Origin: Amoebophrya sp. A120
Lineage: Eukaryota > Protista > Dinoflagellata
Direction: 5' to 3'
Assembly: GCA_905178155.1 (NCBI GenBank)
Contig: CAJINV010000002.1
Location: 8,141,224 to 8,205,223 of the forward strand
Length of the DNA: 64,000 nt
Below, piece by piece: positions 1 through 12,200 of the stretch. Numbering within the stretch: the stretch's first letter is position 1; each line of letters starts with the position of its first letter. The position numbers and the translations under genes are program-made. A model generated the notes under the pieces. The model had not been told where the DNA came from. It searched no databases and was given only the letters and a program-made list of their open reading frames with translations.

Positions 1-3000
1 GCCACCGAAACAGGCACTGGCAGCCGCGTTCGACTCGAATGTTATCACACCAGGTACAACTACTAGCGCGAAAGATTAACATATGCGAATGATTTGTTCA
101 TCTCTATACCTTTTTTCCGTCGTGGAATAGGAAGACGAGTTTTTTTTTTCCATCACGCAACCAAGAACATAGAAACAATTATGCCTTATCATCATCACGA
201 CATCTTCACAGGAACGAAGTTTATGTGGGACCTGAACGAGGCTATTAAGTACTACATCCACGAGCGAACGAACTTCGATCCTTTGTGGCAAAAACTCCGG
301 TTCCGCGTGATTCTGTCCGACTGCCAGATTCCCGGGGAGGGAGAGCACAAGTTGATGGACTTCATCCGAATTCAGCGGGCCCAGCCCGAGTACGACCCGA
401 ACACGCGGCACTGCATCTACGGCGCGGACGCGGATCTGATCCACCTGGCGCTGGCCAGCCACGAAACGCACTTCCACATCATTCGTGAGGTGGTCTTGCC
501 AAAAGAGGAGAAGAAGCAGGACCCCTGGGAGCAGTTCGAGGCCGATGAGGAGGAGGCGGAGGAGGTCGCGAAGGCCAAGCCCTTCCAGTTCATCAACATC
601 GGCGTGCTGCGCCAGTATTTGTACTTCGAGTTCGAACCCCTCCGGGACAAGCTGCCCTTCCCGTACAACTTCGAGCGGTGCGTGGACGACTTCGTCTTCT
701 TCTGTTTCTTCGTCGGGAACGATTTTTTACCGCACTTGCCCTCCTTGAACATCAGGGACGGCAGCATCGACATGATGATTCTGCTCTACCTGGAAACGCT
801 CCCCAAACTCGGCGACTACCTGACCGACGCGGGGACCTTGAACCTGGAAACGACGGAGAAGTTTCTGGAGGACCTCGGGTCCGTCGAGGATCAGGTGTTC
901 AAAAACCGGCTCGCGCGGGAGGCCAAGCAGAAGCAGGAGTTCGACGAGGCGCGGGACGGGGGCAAGGGGCTGGAGGAACTGGAGAAAAACGTGGAGGACG
1001 ACGAGGAGGAGGCGAAGATCGAGCGGATCAAGCGGGAAAAGCGCGACAAGGAACTGCAGGAGAAGAAGACCAAGGGCGAGTCCGCGAAGGGCATGGCGGA
1101 GGGGAAGAAGAAGAAAAAAATCGTCCGGAAAAAGAAGGGCATCGAGGTGAAAAAGGATGCGGACAAGAAGGAGGCCAGCGAAAAGAAGGACGAAAAAGCA
1201 TCGCCAAAGAATTCGCCGAAGCAGGCCGCGAAGAAGGTCGACGTGACGGCGGCAGCGGATCAGCTCGCCGCGCTCTTCGACAACGAGGCGGAATCCAGTA
1301 TCCTATGTAAAAACGTATCCACCCCATAGTCAAGATGGGGAATCGGCTAGACAAATCCACAAGCTTTGGCTGTTTCGCATGACAAATTTGGACGCGTAGT
1401 GTAGTTGTGTTTGAGCTAGTTCAGCAGCATTACAGATCTAGTTTCTCATGCTGATTGGAGCATGACAAATTTCAAAACACCATTAGAAAATGCTTCTCAT
1501 GGGGCTCCGCATGAGAAACATTTTAAGCATGCAGACTTGCGTGACAACTATGGTGTGGGGACGTTTTTACACAGGATATGCAGTTCCGAAGAAGAAGTCG
1601 AAGTCACGGATGACGAGGCCAGCGACGCCGAGAAGCCGAAAGAGAAACCCTCACCCATGGCGAAGGTACTAGAGAAGATTTTACCGTCTGCGTTTGCGTA
1701 TGAGGATACAGAGACAGACCCCAAATAACCCCATGCATATAGTTATAATCTTATCGATTGGCAGCTCTTTAGTGCTTGGTTCAAGGTGGAGATGTGTATT
1801 TACTTTTATCGGAACAGTGGTAGCAAGAGTCTTGAGTTTTGCATAAGGCAGAAACAGAAAGCGGTTAACGACCGAGGACATCGACTCTGGCGTCCTGTGA
1901 ACAAGCGCATGAAACAACTTTTTTCAAAAATCACTCACAGCCCGTCGTGAACTCGAAGAGACGCGAGGAGAAGATGGAAGAAGCGTTTTTGAAGCAGGTG
2001 AGAAATCGTCTGATATCAAAAGGAAAAATCCCCCCTCCCCATATCGAAAACGAAATTTGTGATGCTGTATTTGAGTACGCAAGTCGACTTGTAATGCTAG
2101 AAGGCCAAGAGACGCAGCTGTGGCCTCGGCTGCAGGCAATTTGTCATGCTGTTTCCCACTTCCAGCTGCCCCCTGTCATGCTGAAGATGCAAGGCTTTCC
2201 CACGCCAACCAGCACTACAGTCCGCATCTTTTCCCTTCTAGCATGACAAAGCTGATTTGTGGCCACAAATCTGCATCGCAGTTTTCTAGTTTGAGTATGG
2301 GGTGGGGGGATTTTTCACTTTGATATCTGAACGACAAGAAGGATTTCGGTCAGGCCATGAAGGACACGATCCGGCTCGGGGAGGGCGCGCACTGGAAGAG
2401 GCGGTACTACGCAGAGAAATTCAAGGTCGAGCAAGAGGATTTGGTCGATTTTCTGCAGCGTATCCGAAAGGCGTACATCGAGGGATTGTGCTGGGTACTG
2501 AAGATATTTTTTCTATGCACCGATACTGACTATGAGTATGACCATGGCGAATAGTACAGTACGACCCACATCGACGTGGTTATTGTGTGAATTTGCGATA
2601 GAAGCGGTTTCTTGTACTTATATTCAAAATAAATCTTGTATGTAGATATGCACTCGAAGGTGAAGCTCTACCGAGCTACAAAAAAAATCAGGTGTTGAAG
2701 TACTACTACCAGGGAGTGGTATCCTGGACGTGGTTTTACCCGTACCACTACGCCCCGTTCGGGTCCGACTTGATTGGTATGAGCAGTTTGAATATGGATT
2801 GTAAAAGTGTCTGGGTCTGGAAGGTTGGGACTTGTAATGCTAGCTTTCCATACCTAGAAAATCTGTATTGCATAACCAACAAAAGTCGCAGCCTCTTTTG
2901 TCATGCAAAAACGCAGTTTCTCATGCGGATTGCCTATGAGAAAGCGTTTTAGGAAGTTGTCATGCCGGACTGCATTCGAAAGTGTTTTCATCATGCATTT

Positions 3001-4427
3001 TTAGCATCACAAGTTTCCAGACCCAGACATTTTTACATTTGATATTGAAGTGCAGCGACGAGAAGTATTTCGCCCTGGGTAAGGGTTTCGAGCCCGTGCA
3101 GCAGCTATCAAATGCAAAAATGTCTGGGTCTGGAAGATTGGGGGAGTTTGTCATGCAAATTTTACATGACCTGCGATGTTGGTGATGCATGCCTTCGCAT
3201 TACAGATTTTGTGAAGGCTTTCTCATGCCTATACTGCATGAGAAATGCCTTCTCAGAATAGCAAAAATCTGAGTGCCGTTTGCTGCTCATGCAATACAGG
3301 TTTTTGCATCGTCGAAAGTTAGCATCACAAATTCCATTCTTTCCAGACCCAGACATTTTTGCAATCCATAACAGCTGATGGCGGTGCTGCCGCCCGTGTC
3401 CGCGAAGGTGGCCGGGATTCCGCAGGCGATGATGACCCTGATGGAGGAGCACGACTCCCCCATCGCGGACTTCTTTCCCACCGACTTCGGGCTCGACCTG
3501 AACGGGAAGCGGTTCGCGTGGCAGGGCGTGGTGCTGCTGCCCTTCATCGACGAACCGCGGTTGCTGCGCATCCTGGCGCCGATGATGACGCAGCTCCAGG
3601 GCGACGAAAAGAAGCGGAACAACCCCAGCATAAACTGCCTCTTCGGCCACGTATCCGATCTCAAAAAGAAGGTGCCACCAAAGGGATCAACAAACAAAAG
3701 GCTACTCAGGGACGCGTTTCTGTTCGGGTATAGTCAAGTGCTTATGTTGTTTGCATTGAAAGTTTGGATTTGCTATGGCAGAAGAAGTGTACTGACGTAC
3801 TATGTTCTACTTCGTAGTCTGACTTCGATGTAGTTCTCTCCTTTTTAAAAGCGAGATCATCGCTGAGCTAATATACCGACGAAAACTTAATTCGTTTCGT
3901 TGCGATTCGAACTCGGCCTGATTTTCCTCAGCGTGGTGACGCAGTAAAAACTCTACTGCTTACACTTCTACCTCCCCCCATAATTTCGACGCCCAGAAAA
4001 AAATGAACACGCAAAATCATGCAGGTTCGTCCAGGGCCAGTTTGGCACCGGCGAAGAGATTCCATCGCCCATCGAGGGTCTGGCGGAGGTGGACGAGTCA
4101 GAGTGCGTGGAAACCAAGTACTACTTCCCGGACCGTGTGACGCATTCCATCGAGCTGTTGGAGAACGCGACGTTTGAACCCCAGGTGGTGGACCAGTCCG
4201 ACCTCGACGACATGCAGCGGCTCAAGGGGTTTGGCGGCATGACCGCGAAGAAGGTTATCCAGCAAGCCCTCGGCCTGTTCAAGGGCAAGTCCGGGAAGAA
4301 GGGCGGCAAAAAGGGCGGCGGCAAGAAGGGCGACAAGGGCGGGGGCAAGAAGGGAAAAGGCAAGATGGCCATGCCGCAAGCCGACCAGGGGCCCCGTCGA
4401 CCCCCCGCCAGATCCGGACCGTACTAA
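1..4427 (+). CDS. XRN2: 5'-3' exoribonuclease, XRN2/Rat1-like (5'-partial, spliced)
   Basis: XRN motifs [85 protein letters not shown] introns 54-211, 1666-1940, 2495-2691, 3728-4024 plus four TIR elements give one frame ending at TAA 4427. The short C-terminus favours XRN2 over XRN1. Confidence 0.9.
1299..1578. mobile_element. Introner family B (non-canonical intron)
   Basis: TATCCTATGTAAAAACG...CGTTTTTACACAGGATA; flanks TCCAG/TGCAG; removal restores AESSSEEE. Confidence 0.9.
2014..2325. mobile_element. Introner family C
   Basis: TATCAAAAGGAAAAATCCCCC...GGGGGATTTTTCACTTTGATA; TSD TCTGA; restores NRLNDKK; near-identical to 16257-16568. Confidence 0.92.
2793..3044. mobile_element. Introner family A
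   Basis: TATGGATTGTAAAAGTGTCTGGGTCTGG...CCAGACCCAGACATTTTTACATTTGATA; TSD TTGAA; restores SSLKCSD. Confidence 0.92.
3106..3370. mobile_element. Introner family A
   Basis: Family A TIRs; flanks GCAGC/ACAGC; restores the conserved QQLMAVLP. Confidence 0.92.
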
Positions 4428-5753
4428 GCGTGATGGGAAATATATAAAACTTCTTCGAGAAATGGATCTTTTTTCTTTGTGCGGTCGCGCTGAACCGAGT
4501 TTGAAGTTTGACTGCGCGTTCGTGCTTTGTTCCCATGTTTTAACATAATTGGTGACGAAGATAGAAGAATCCATTACTGCGGACACGATAAGAATCCGTC
4601 TTCCACCCGCTCTTCCCGTGTGCATTGGAACTTCCTTGGAAGTACTAGTAGATCGTGGTTGGCGAAGTCCATCGCGGAAACAGACCAAGATACTTACTTA
4701 CCAAAGAAATCATGATCACCCACAACGAAAGCGTAAACTCAAAATCCATTAACCTAAAGATGACAAAAGTACGTACTGAAATTGTGAAGCCATGAAGCTG
4801 CGGGTCTCATCAACCAGGAGCAGCGAAATCGTGAATGGTAAAAATAAGCGGTTGATGTACAAGCAGCATCCTGATGTCGAGAGACCAAAATGAAACCTCG
4901 TGTCGTCCCGAATGGATACTTGCTGTGCAACTACTCTACTGTGAAGGAGACTTTTTAAAAGCGTCTGAGTAGAAAAGCAAAATAAGGCATCTCTAGCCAC
5001 GAGTGCGCAGTTTCGCGGTTGAAGCGTACCACAACGATGGAGAAGAGACTTGATGGACACCAGTGTTCCTTGCGTGTCGTACCACTTTATTCGTGCATCA
5101 CCTTGCTTCGCATCCAAGTTGGCTACATAGTGGAAAAGTAAAGAGAAAACTACCGTCGTAGTTGCATAACCCTGCTGTTTGTAGACAGAGGGTCACACCA
5201 AACACAGGAGCAAACAAGCAAATCGTGGACTCACCGTCCTTGTGCCAACAAGCCAGTTCTTGCAACATCGTTCGTCGTCTTCCTTTTCGTAGGATGTGGT
5301 TCGTATGTTCGTTAATATCGTTTTCGTTCGAAATGAAGAAACTAAACCTATCGTTCACCCGCACGTTGGCGTTCTCGTTCCTCCGTGGCGTGCCGAAGCC
5401 GAGCTCTTTGTTTTCACGCGTTTCTGAAATGTGAATGTTATCCATGCACTTTGTTGTTTGCAGAACAAGTAATCTTCACTCGTTAATACATATAGACAAG
5501 CGTTATCCTCGTATTGATGCACGGAAGAGGAAGAGCAACCGGGGGAAAGGCTCTGACGCGTTTAGCTAAGTACATCTATCAAAAAACCTTCTGGCAGTTC
5601 CCCTCATCGACTTTTTTTACGAGGAAACTAGAAGCGAAAAGAGACATAATAAATTTGATCGGCTGTAGTTAGTTGCACACCAGTACAGCAGGCGAACGTC
5701 CACAATCGATTTTTACGCGTTCCGCTTTTTGATACCTATTTACACGGGAAAAA

Positions 5754-6932
5754 ATGTTGGCGCCGTGCATCACCGCTCGTAGTAGTGGGTCCAGCCTTTA
5801 TTCCTCCCTTGCAGCGCTGACGTATTTCTTTGTTTTCTTAGTGGTGCACTACCAAAACTACTACAGCAGATGCGCAACCATCGTTGGCGCCTTTTCGTTG
5901 TCGTTTAGCAAGGTCAAGAAACGAACACAAAAGAGAGTGGCGACATTGCAAAGAGGGCGCACTACACGTCGGTCGTTGAAGGTGCTTCCCCCGACTTCAG
6001 GTGCCAGGTCCTCGAGGACCTACAAACAGAAGGAGACTTCCTCGCGCACGGCTCTCGAGGTCGGCAGAGCCACAGCGAAGAGCTCGTCGTCGGGTGGCAA
6101 TCAGCACCCAGCAGCCGCCACTTCTTTCATCCTGAGCGGGCCGGGTTCCTCGTCGTCGCTGCGCGGAAATGGAGAGGAGCCTCTGGAAGTCGCAGTGGAA
6201 GGAATTAGGAAGAACCGTGTGTGGAGTAAAAACCCTGCTCACGACGAGGACGAGCCGCCCCAAGGAGAGAGGGGTGCTTCCGAGGCGGGGAAGATGAACA
6301 AGAACCAACAACACGCCTCCTATGATAAAAATACAAGGCCCTTGTTCCTGGAAGACCCGTTCTCAGCAAGTGCACTGATGGGTGACGGAAATGCGATGAA
6401 TGTTGACGCCCACGACGCACACACCCCCGGGGAAGGGAGGAGCAAAGGAGTATCAAACGTCCAGCGAGCGGAGGTGCAGCTGACGCAGGCCCTCCAGGAG
6501 CTTCCGCCAGGCAACTGCCAGGATAGGTATTTACTGCACCAAGCGGAGCTGTTTAACCCCTTCGTGTGGTGTCGCGAGACGGAGCGGGGTGTTTGTTCTC
6601 ACCTTAGTGTGAAAATGTCGGAAACTGGGTCAAGCGAGTGGTCTCCTGTCGGAGAAGTAATCGACGATCCCCCTTGCGAGATTCTGACAGTGGAGTTGAC
6701 AACAGAACCGCCAGAGAACATGCCCATAGGAGAACAATGGGTTTGGGAATTGAACTATAAAGATATCGCGGAAAATTGTCAAAGGAAATGCAATAGCTGG
6801 CGGGAATGCAAGTTCTTTATCCACCTCCCGGTCGTGCTGGGGCCCACGAATGGTACCGAAAGGGACTACGTTGGGTGTCATTTGTTCTCCCGGGACGACA
6901 CCGTGAGCTGCCCGTTACCGGATGGTTTATGA
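5754..6932 (+). CDS. Putative first exon of a Cys-rich PAN/apple-like surface protein
   Basis: 392-aa ORF with hydrophobic N-terminal segment; Cys pattern CQRKCNSWRECKFFIHLP...CHLFSRDDTVSC is paralleled in the 9292 ORF. Confidence 0.55.
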   Translation: MLAPCITARSSGSSLYSSLAALTYFFVFLVVHYQNYYSRCATIVGAFSLSFSKVKKRTQKRVATLQRGRTTRRSLKVLPPTSGARSSRTYKQKETSSRTALEVGRATAKSSSSGGNQHPAAATSFILSGPGSSSSLRGNGEEPLEVAVEGIRKNRVWSKNPAHDEDEPPQGERGASEAGKMNKNQQHASYDKNTRPLFLEDPFSASALMGDGNAMNVDAHDAHTPGEGRSKGVSNVQRAEVQLTQALQELPPGNCQDRYLLHQAELFNPFVWCRETERGVCSHLSVKMSETGSSEWSPVGEVIDDPPCEILTVELTTEPPENMPIGEQWVWELNYKDIAENCQRKCNSWRECKFFIHLPVVLGPTNGTERDYVGCHLFSRDDTVSCPLPDGL

Positions 6933-8569
6933 GAGTGCGAAACTACTTCCCATTCTCGTCATTTGTCGTGCAGAATGGCAATCGCGTTCGCGTACCGATA
7001 GCCAGCCGTTTCGTTTCAGGCCTGGCTTGCGTGGTGACAGGCTACAGAACTCCAAACTGCACTAGCTTTCGTGTCTGGACTTGTCATGCGGAAGCCACGG
7101 TTCTGCTGTTGTTTCTGCTGCGGCTCATGCCACTAACTACGAGGGAGGGGAAGTTGCGTACTCGCATAAGATGTTGAGGGAATCCGGTATGGAGTGGATC
7201 AAGCCCCGACAACTGCGAATTATATCAGTGCGAAAAAAACCTATTTTCCACCCAGATTGATTCAAGACCGCTGCGTGGAAACCAAATAGCGTTTTAGTTA
7301 TATGTATCATGATGTTTTTGTACATCTCCGCGGCCTGTTATTGGCAGGGTATAAATACAGATATGGTATCGGCCGCAGAAGGGCAGATGTGGAGCTTTTG
7401 CAGGACCAATGCAGGTGCAAAGCGGACGAGTATTGTCTGAGTGCTCCAGTTTGTCACCATGCTTGCTCCTGCTGGAAGTAGAAGTATTTGGGGCTCGCGC
7501 CGCCGTGTTGGTACAACGGCGCGGGGATCTGCGCATAACAATAGAAAAAGCAGTACTGCAGCAACTAGAAACAGTTCGAAGAGGCTTGGTTGAAGAGCTG
7601 GAGCGTGCTTTCTCTGGGGCTGACTGTTCCCGGAAGGGCGGCCGACGCACTAACGCCGCGCGATGATGGCAAACAGCTTGATGGCAACAAAGTACAAAAA
7701 CAAAAAGGAAGAGCACGCGTAGCCAGGAACATAAAATGAATAAGAAATGGCGGCCAGTAGAGCGACCGGCCCACCAACTGCAGCCCAACGCCTAGCGCGC
7801 CAGATCCGGCCGGCCTCTGTAGTGCCAAAAGCCGGGTCAGGTAGAGGTAGATAAGGGCACGCACTTCCGCTTGGTGCGCGGCACGGTAGCCGTGCCTCCT
7901 ACCTTCTAGGAAATGTAAAGCAGACCCGTGCCGGGCGGCGTCCCCCCTTTCTACTTCAGCTACCCAGCAAGCGCAGGCAGCTAGGGCGAGAACGCGAGCC
8001 CTTGGGGTCCGCAGGTAGGCTCTTTTTTTAGGTGCGACTCCTGGCCGCCGCGCTGGTACTCGTCGTAGCAGGTGGCCGGCCAAAGCGCTGCAACCTGCCG
8101 AAGGCGCCGGCGCCGCTGCACGGATGTAATCTCTGTGGCGGCTGGCATCTGTTGCCTTCGCATCAAGCCGCCCCCTGTGCGCCGAGAGTTTCTCTTGCGT
8201 TTGGTCTTGCGCTTGTTGTGTGCATGCTTTTCCATCCGGGCTGCCCATCGGCGAGGCTTGGCCCGATACCCTGTAGCAAGTAGCAGGACCACGCAACTGC
8301 TGGCGGTTGCCTCCCAACAAATCTAAGTAAGAGGCACGCCTGCCAGGGGTGTTTTTGAGTTTTACTCTCGGCGCCGGCGGCCACACCTCAAAGCATGGAG
8401 GCAACAGCCATGCGGCTGGCTGTTTCTGATGTGTTAGCCACAGCCCCATTGCGGTTGGTTCGTTGTTTCTGTGCTCGGTTTCCTAGGCAAGCATCAGGGG
8501 CAGCAGATCGCCCGGGTAGCTGCGGTTGCTCAGTGTCAAAAACGATAAAAAAAGGCTTTTGGCTGTCGA

Positions 8570-8696
8570 GCTGTAGATGCTCGCTATAGGCGGAAGCTGT
8601 AGAGCTTTGGCTCTAGAGCATCACCAAACAGCTGTAGAGATTCAGCTCTAGAGATTGAGCTCTACAGGTTTTCGAGCTATAGAGGCGCTCGCCCTA
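8570..8696. repeat. Cluster of GCTNTAGAG-like short repeats
   Basis: About seven GCTGTAGA/GCTCTAGA/GCTATAG units ending in GGCGCTCGCCCTA. Confidence 0.6.
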
Positions 8697-9291
8697 ATCG
8701 TTATCAATCTTTTTTCGCAGTAGCGTGGTGATTCGCCAAAAAAAATTAGAAAAAATAAGGTCATCTCTAGAGATTTGATCCTTCTTTGCCCAGATTTGAG
8801 CCTAGTCTGCACCACAGTAGCATGCAGATTTCAGAAACAAAGCAAGTAGCCTTCTTTGAGCCTTCTTTGGTTCCAGGTTTGACCCTAGTTGCTGCAAGTA
8901 CTATAGTTCTCTTGGCTACTATACACGAAGGCTGGAACCGTATTTGCTGTTTTGCATTCACAAGTGAGGGGAAAGAGGATGTTGGTTCTGCGCTCCGAGA
9001 GTCATCGCAGCCCAGCAAGAAATATTTGCAACAGATGTATAAGTGAGCTCTCCTGTGCTTCTGCGGATCGGCAACGGCATCCATCTGTAAATCTCAATAA
9101 GGTTTTGTACAACATTATCTGTCATAGTCATGCGCTGTACCTGTGAAGAAGACAGAGAGCTACATGCACCAAAGAGGCAAGAGGAAGCTTCTTGAAGAAG
9201 TTGCGTCGTTTCTCCACGCGGACGAACGATCGTTTCGTCGCAAGTGCGAGTCTGATCACTCTCGACTTCGAGGGGAAAAGAGGTTTTCAAC

Positions 9292-12200
9292 GTGATAGAC
9301 TATGTGATGAATGTCTATGGGTGTCGTGGTAAAACTACCTCGTTTTGGGAAGAAACGGCATCGACAGACGACGCTGTAAACGGTGGCACTGGACCGGGCG
9401 GCGCGACTGGGACTACACCAGTGTCCGCGACCGGTGAAGCGGGGGGGTGCGCCGGAAGCAAGTTACTGAACCGAACGGAGGCGTTCGAACCGGTTGATTG
9501 GTGTGGACCGAGTACTTGTACGGAGGAAACCGTGGCTCTATCTGGCTCGCTTGCGTCAAATGCCACCTCCTGTTACTTTCGAACAGAGTTACTCACGGCG
9601 ACGTCCACTTCAACTGGCGGAGACCTTTCTGACGCTTCGTATCAAGATCTGGTAGAGACGTGTCGACTTTCTTGCAATTTGGAGATGACGTGCAATTTTT
9701 TTGTGATCCACCTGCCCGATGATACGCAGAACTACTCTGAGTGTCATATGTTTTCCCGGAGTGACAACCAAAGCTGCGATGTGCCGCAAGGTGTGGAGGA
9801 GATCGGGAGCAACGATCCTCAGGGAGGTTTGTATCCGCAACTCGTTTACGAGTGTACGCCGGGAGGCACTACGGGTACGCCCGAGGCTTGGCCGCCCACA
9901 AGCAGTCCCTGCGTGCATTTCCTGAGCGACGCGGACCAAAAAAGGATCAACCTAGGGTCACATATGACCGAAATAATGCAAGCTACCACCGCCACGACCC
10001 TTGCGGAGAGCCAGACGGTCACTGTCAGCGGAATCCTTGTTGAGTGCAGTGACGATTACGCGCAAGCCAACCCGCCCCGATTCTACTGCCCACCAGAGAC
10101 GCAGATGACGGTTACATTGGTCGGGTGCGATGTGGCAGCCACGCCGTCCAACGACACAGTGCCAGGGGATGAAGCCGTGGTATCAGAGGACTCTGTAGAA
10201 AACCACACCAACGACACAGTACCAGAAGCCGTGATATCAGAGGACTCTGTAAAAAACCACACTGGAGCTGGAGAGGGCGGCACGACTACCAACGCCACGG
10301 ATGACGGGGACGGCAATAATGGCACAGCGACTCCTGGCGTGCCTCTGGGCGGAGCAGCCGCCTTGGCGGAAGCCCCAGCGGAGATCATTTTCACGAACGG
10401 CACTGGCGAGGGGGATGGTGGCACAACCAGCGGAGATGCTGATGCATCATGGACCGTGCCGGTAATTGTGGCAACCGTCGTCGGCCTCGTTCTGGGTTTG
10501 ATTATCCTACTGTCGTGCTGCTTTTGTAGCAGCTCATCTTCCCAGGAAATCATGACAGAACAAGCGCAAGCGGATCGTGAAGGCTTTGATCCGGCGGATT
10601 CAAAAAATAAACCGAGTGTAGTAAAGGAACGAGAGCCCGAGCCTGCTCTTCACGTGGCGCCAGACCTCACGGCGGAGCAGGATGCTGCTGCGAGTTTTGA
10701 TTTTGGCGAGGCGGAGACGGCTTTCCAGGCGGCCGGCCTGACCCCGGCGTTCGCAAAGCGGCTCGCGATGCAGATCTGTGACCAGCGGATCAGCGACTAC
10801 CAGGAGCTGGCCCGACCTGAGGACGGGCCCGATCTGGAGATCATGCGCAAACTCGGCCTGTTTCAGGATCCGTCGGATGGAGCGGACGACGGCTCGGGGG
10901 TGGAGGCCGTCGGTCGTCTGCGCGGGTTCCTGCAGAATCTGGCCGAGACGCAGAGGCGGGAGAGGTCAATTGACTTGGGCGTGGAGGACTCCGCAGAGAA
11001 GCAGATGTCGAGAACGTACGAGGAAGAGGCGCAGAGGGCACTAGCGGTCGAACAACTGTTCCAGGAGGCCAGGGTCCGGCTGCAAAAGAATGCGGGTTTT
11101 TCCGAGCCCGCGGCGGACCTCGTGGCCAGCAGACTGGTGCAAGCCGCGCAGGGGAATTTTGAGAAGGCCAGCGCCGTGGCTGGCTTTGGCATGGCCGGCG
11201 ACGCGAAGTTTTTGGCTATCAGTAAGGAGGATCTGGCGGCCGTGCTCGCAGAGCTGCAGGGACAGCAGGAGTGGCAGGACGTTTGCCGCACTTCTCCGGA
11301 GGATGAGACGGCTGTGCAAGTGCTTATGGCCACTCCTGTCATCGTTCTACCCGACGACGGTGAGGCGCCTCTACAGGCCACCTGGGTGCAAGGCTTCCAG
11401 TCCGCTACCTCTGGCAAGTCGGAAAAGAAGCGCAAGTCCGCCATGGTGTTTGACCTGCGGACGCTCCTCACTGACCCTGGGGCGGACTTTGGCAGTACCG
11501 AGGTGGCAAGCCCGTTGGCGGGCTTCCAAACGCTGTTGCCGGCGAAAAAGAAATTTGAGAGGCGTGCGGCGGCAGCAGACAATCGAAGCGTTCCGCCTTC
11601 GTTGCAAGCAGGACAAGAGTCTCGGCGATCGGAATCACAGGGAGCGGTGGAACAAGGCGGTATTGCAGAAATCGATCCCGGGGCCGTTCCGCCCGCCGAT
11701 GGTGCGAACACCAACGCAGTGCAACGGACACCCTCAAAGCATCTTCTGTGGGACACCCTCAAAGCACCAACGCATGGCATCTTCTCTGGGACAACGGACA
11801 CCCTCAAAGAAGATGAGGACAGTGGGAAGCAGAAACCGAAAAAAGTTTCGAAGAAGAAAAAAACCAGTGCCGAATTATTGGGAAAAAGTGTTTCAGGCAC
11901 AGGGACAAGCGTGACGGCGTCCTCAGGGTCCTCGAGCCCACGGCGGCCCAAGAAGAAAAAAGATCTGAAAAAGAAGCAGACCGGTGCAAAACTCGCGTCC
12001 GTAGAGAAGGAGGGAGTTGCCAGCATCGCAGCGCCTGGCGAAGCGGAGACTGCAGTTACAAGTGGCATGTATGACGGAATGTTCGAGGACGTTTCGGCTA
12101 CCGCCTCAGCTCCCAATAGCGCGGCCGTGGTGCAGCAACAGCCCGCTTCTCGGTCCGCCGACCGAGTCCACCAGGCGTTCGAATCGGAAGCGTTGCAAGC

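Noticed and set aside
94-4427. Fragmented XRN as a pseudogene, frameshifting or an alternative genetic code
   Set aside because: All breaks are explained by GT-AG introns or element+TSD removal, with motifs intact.
7565-8449. 294-aa minus ORF as a transposase for the introners
   Set aside because: No recognisable DDE, YR or RT motif and no introner-type termini around it.
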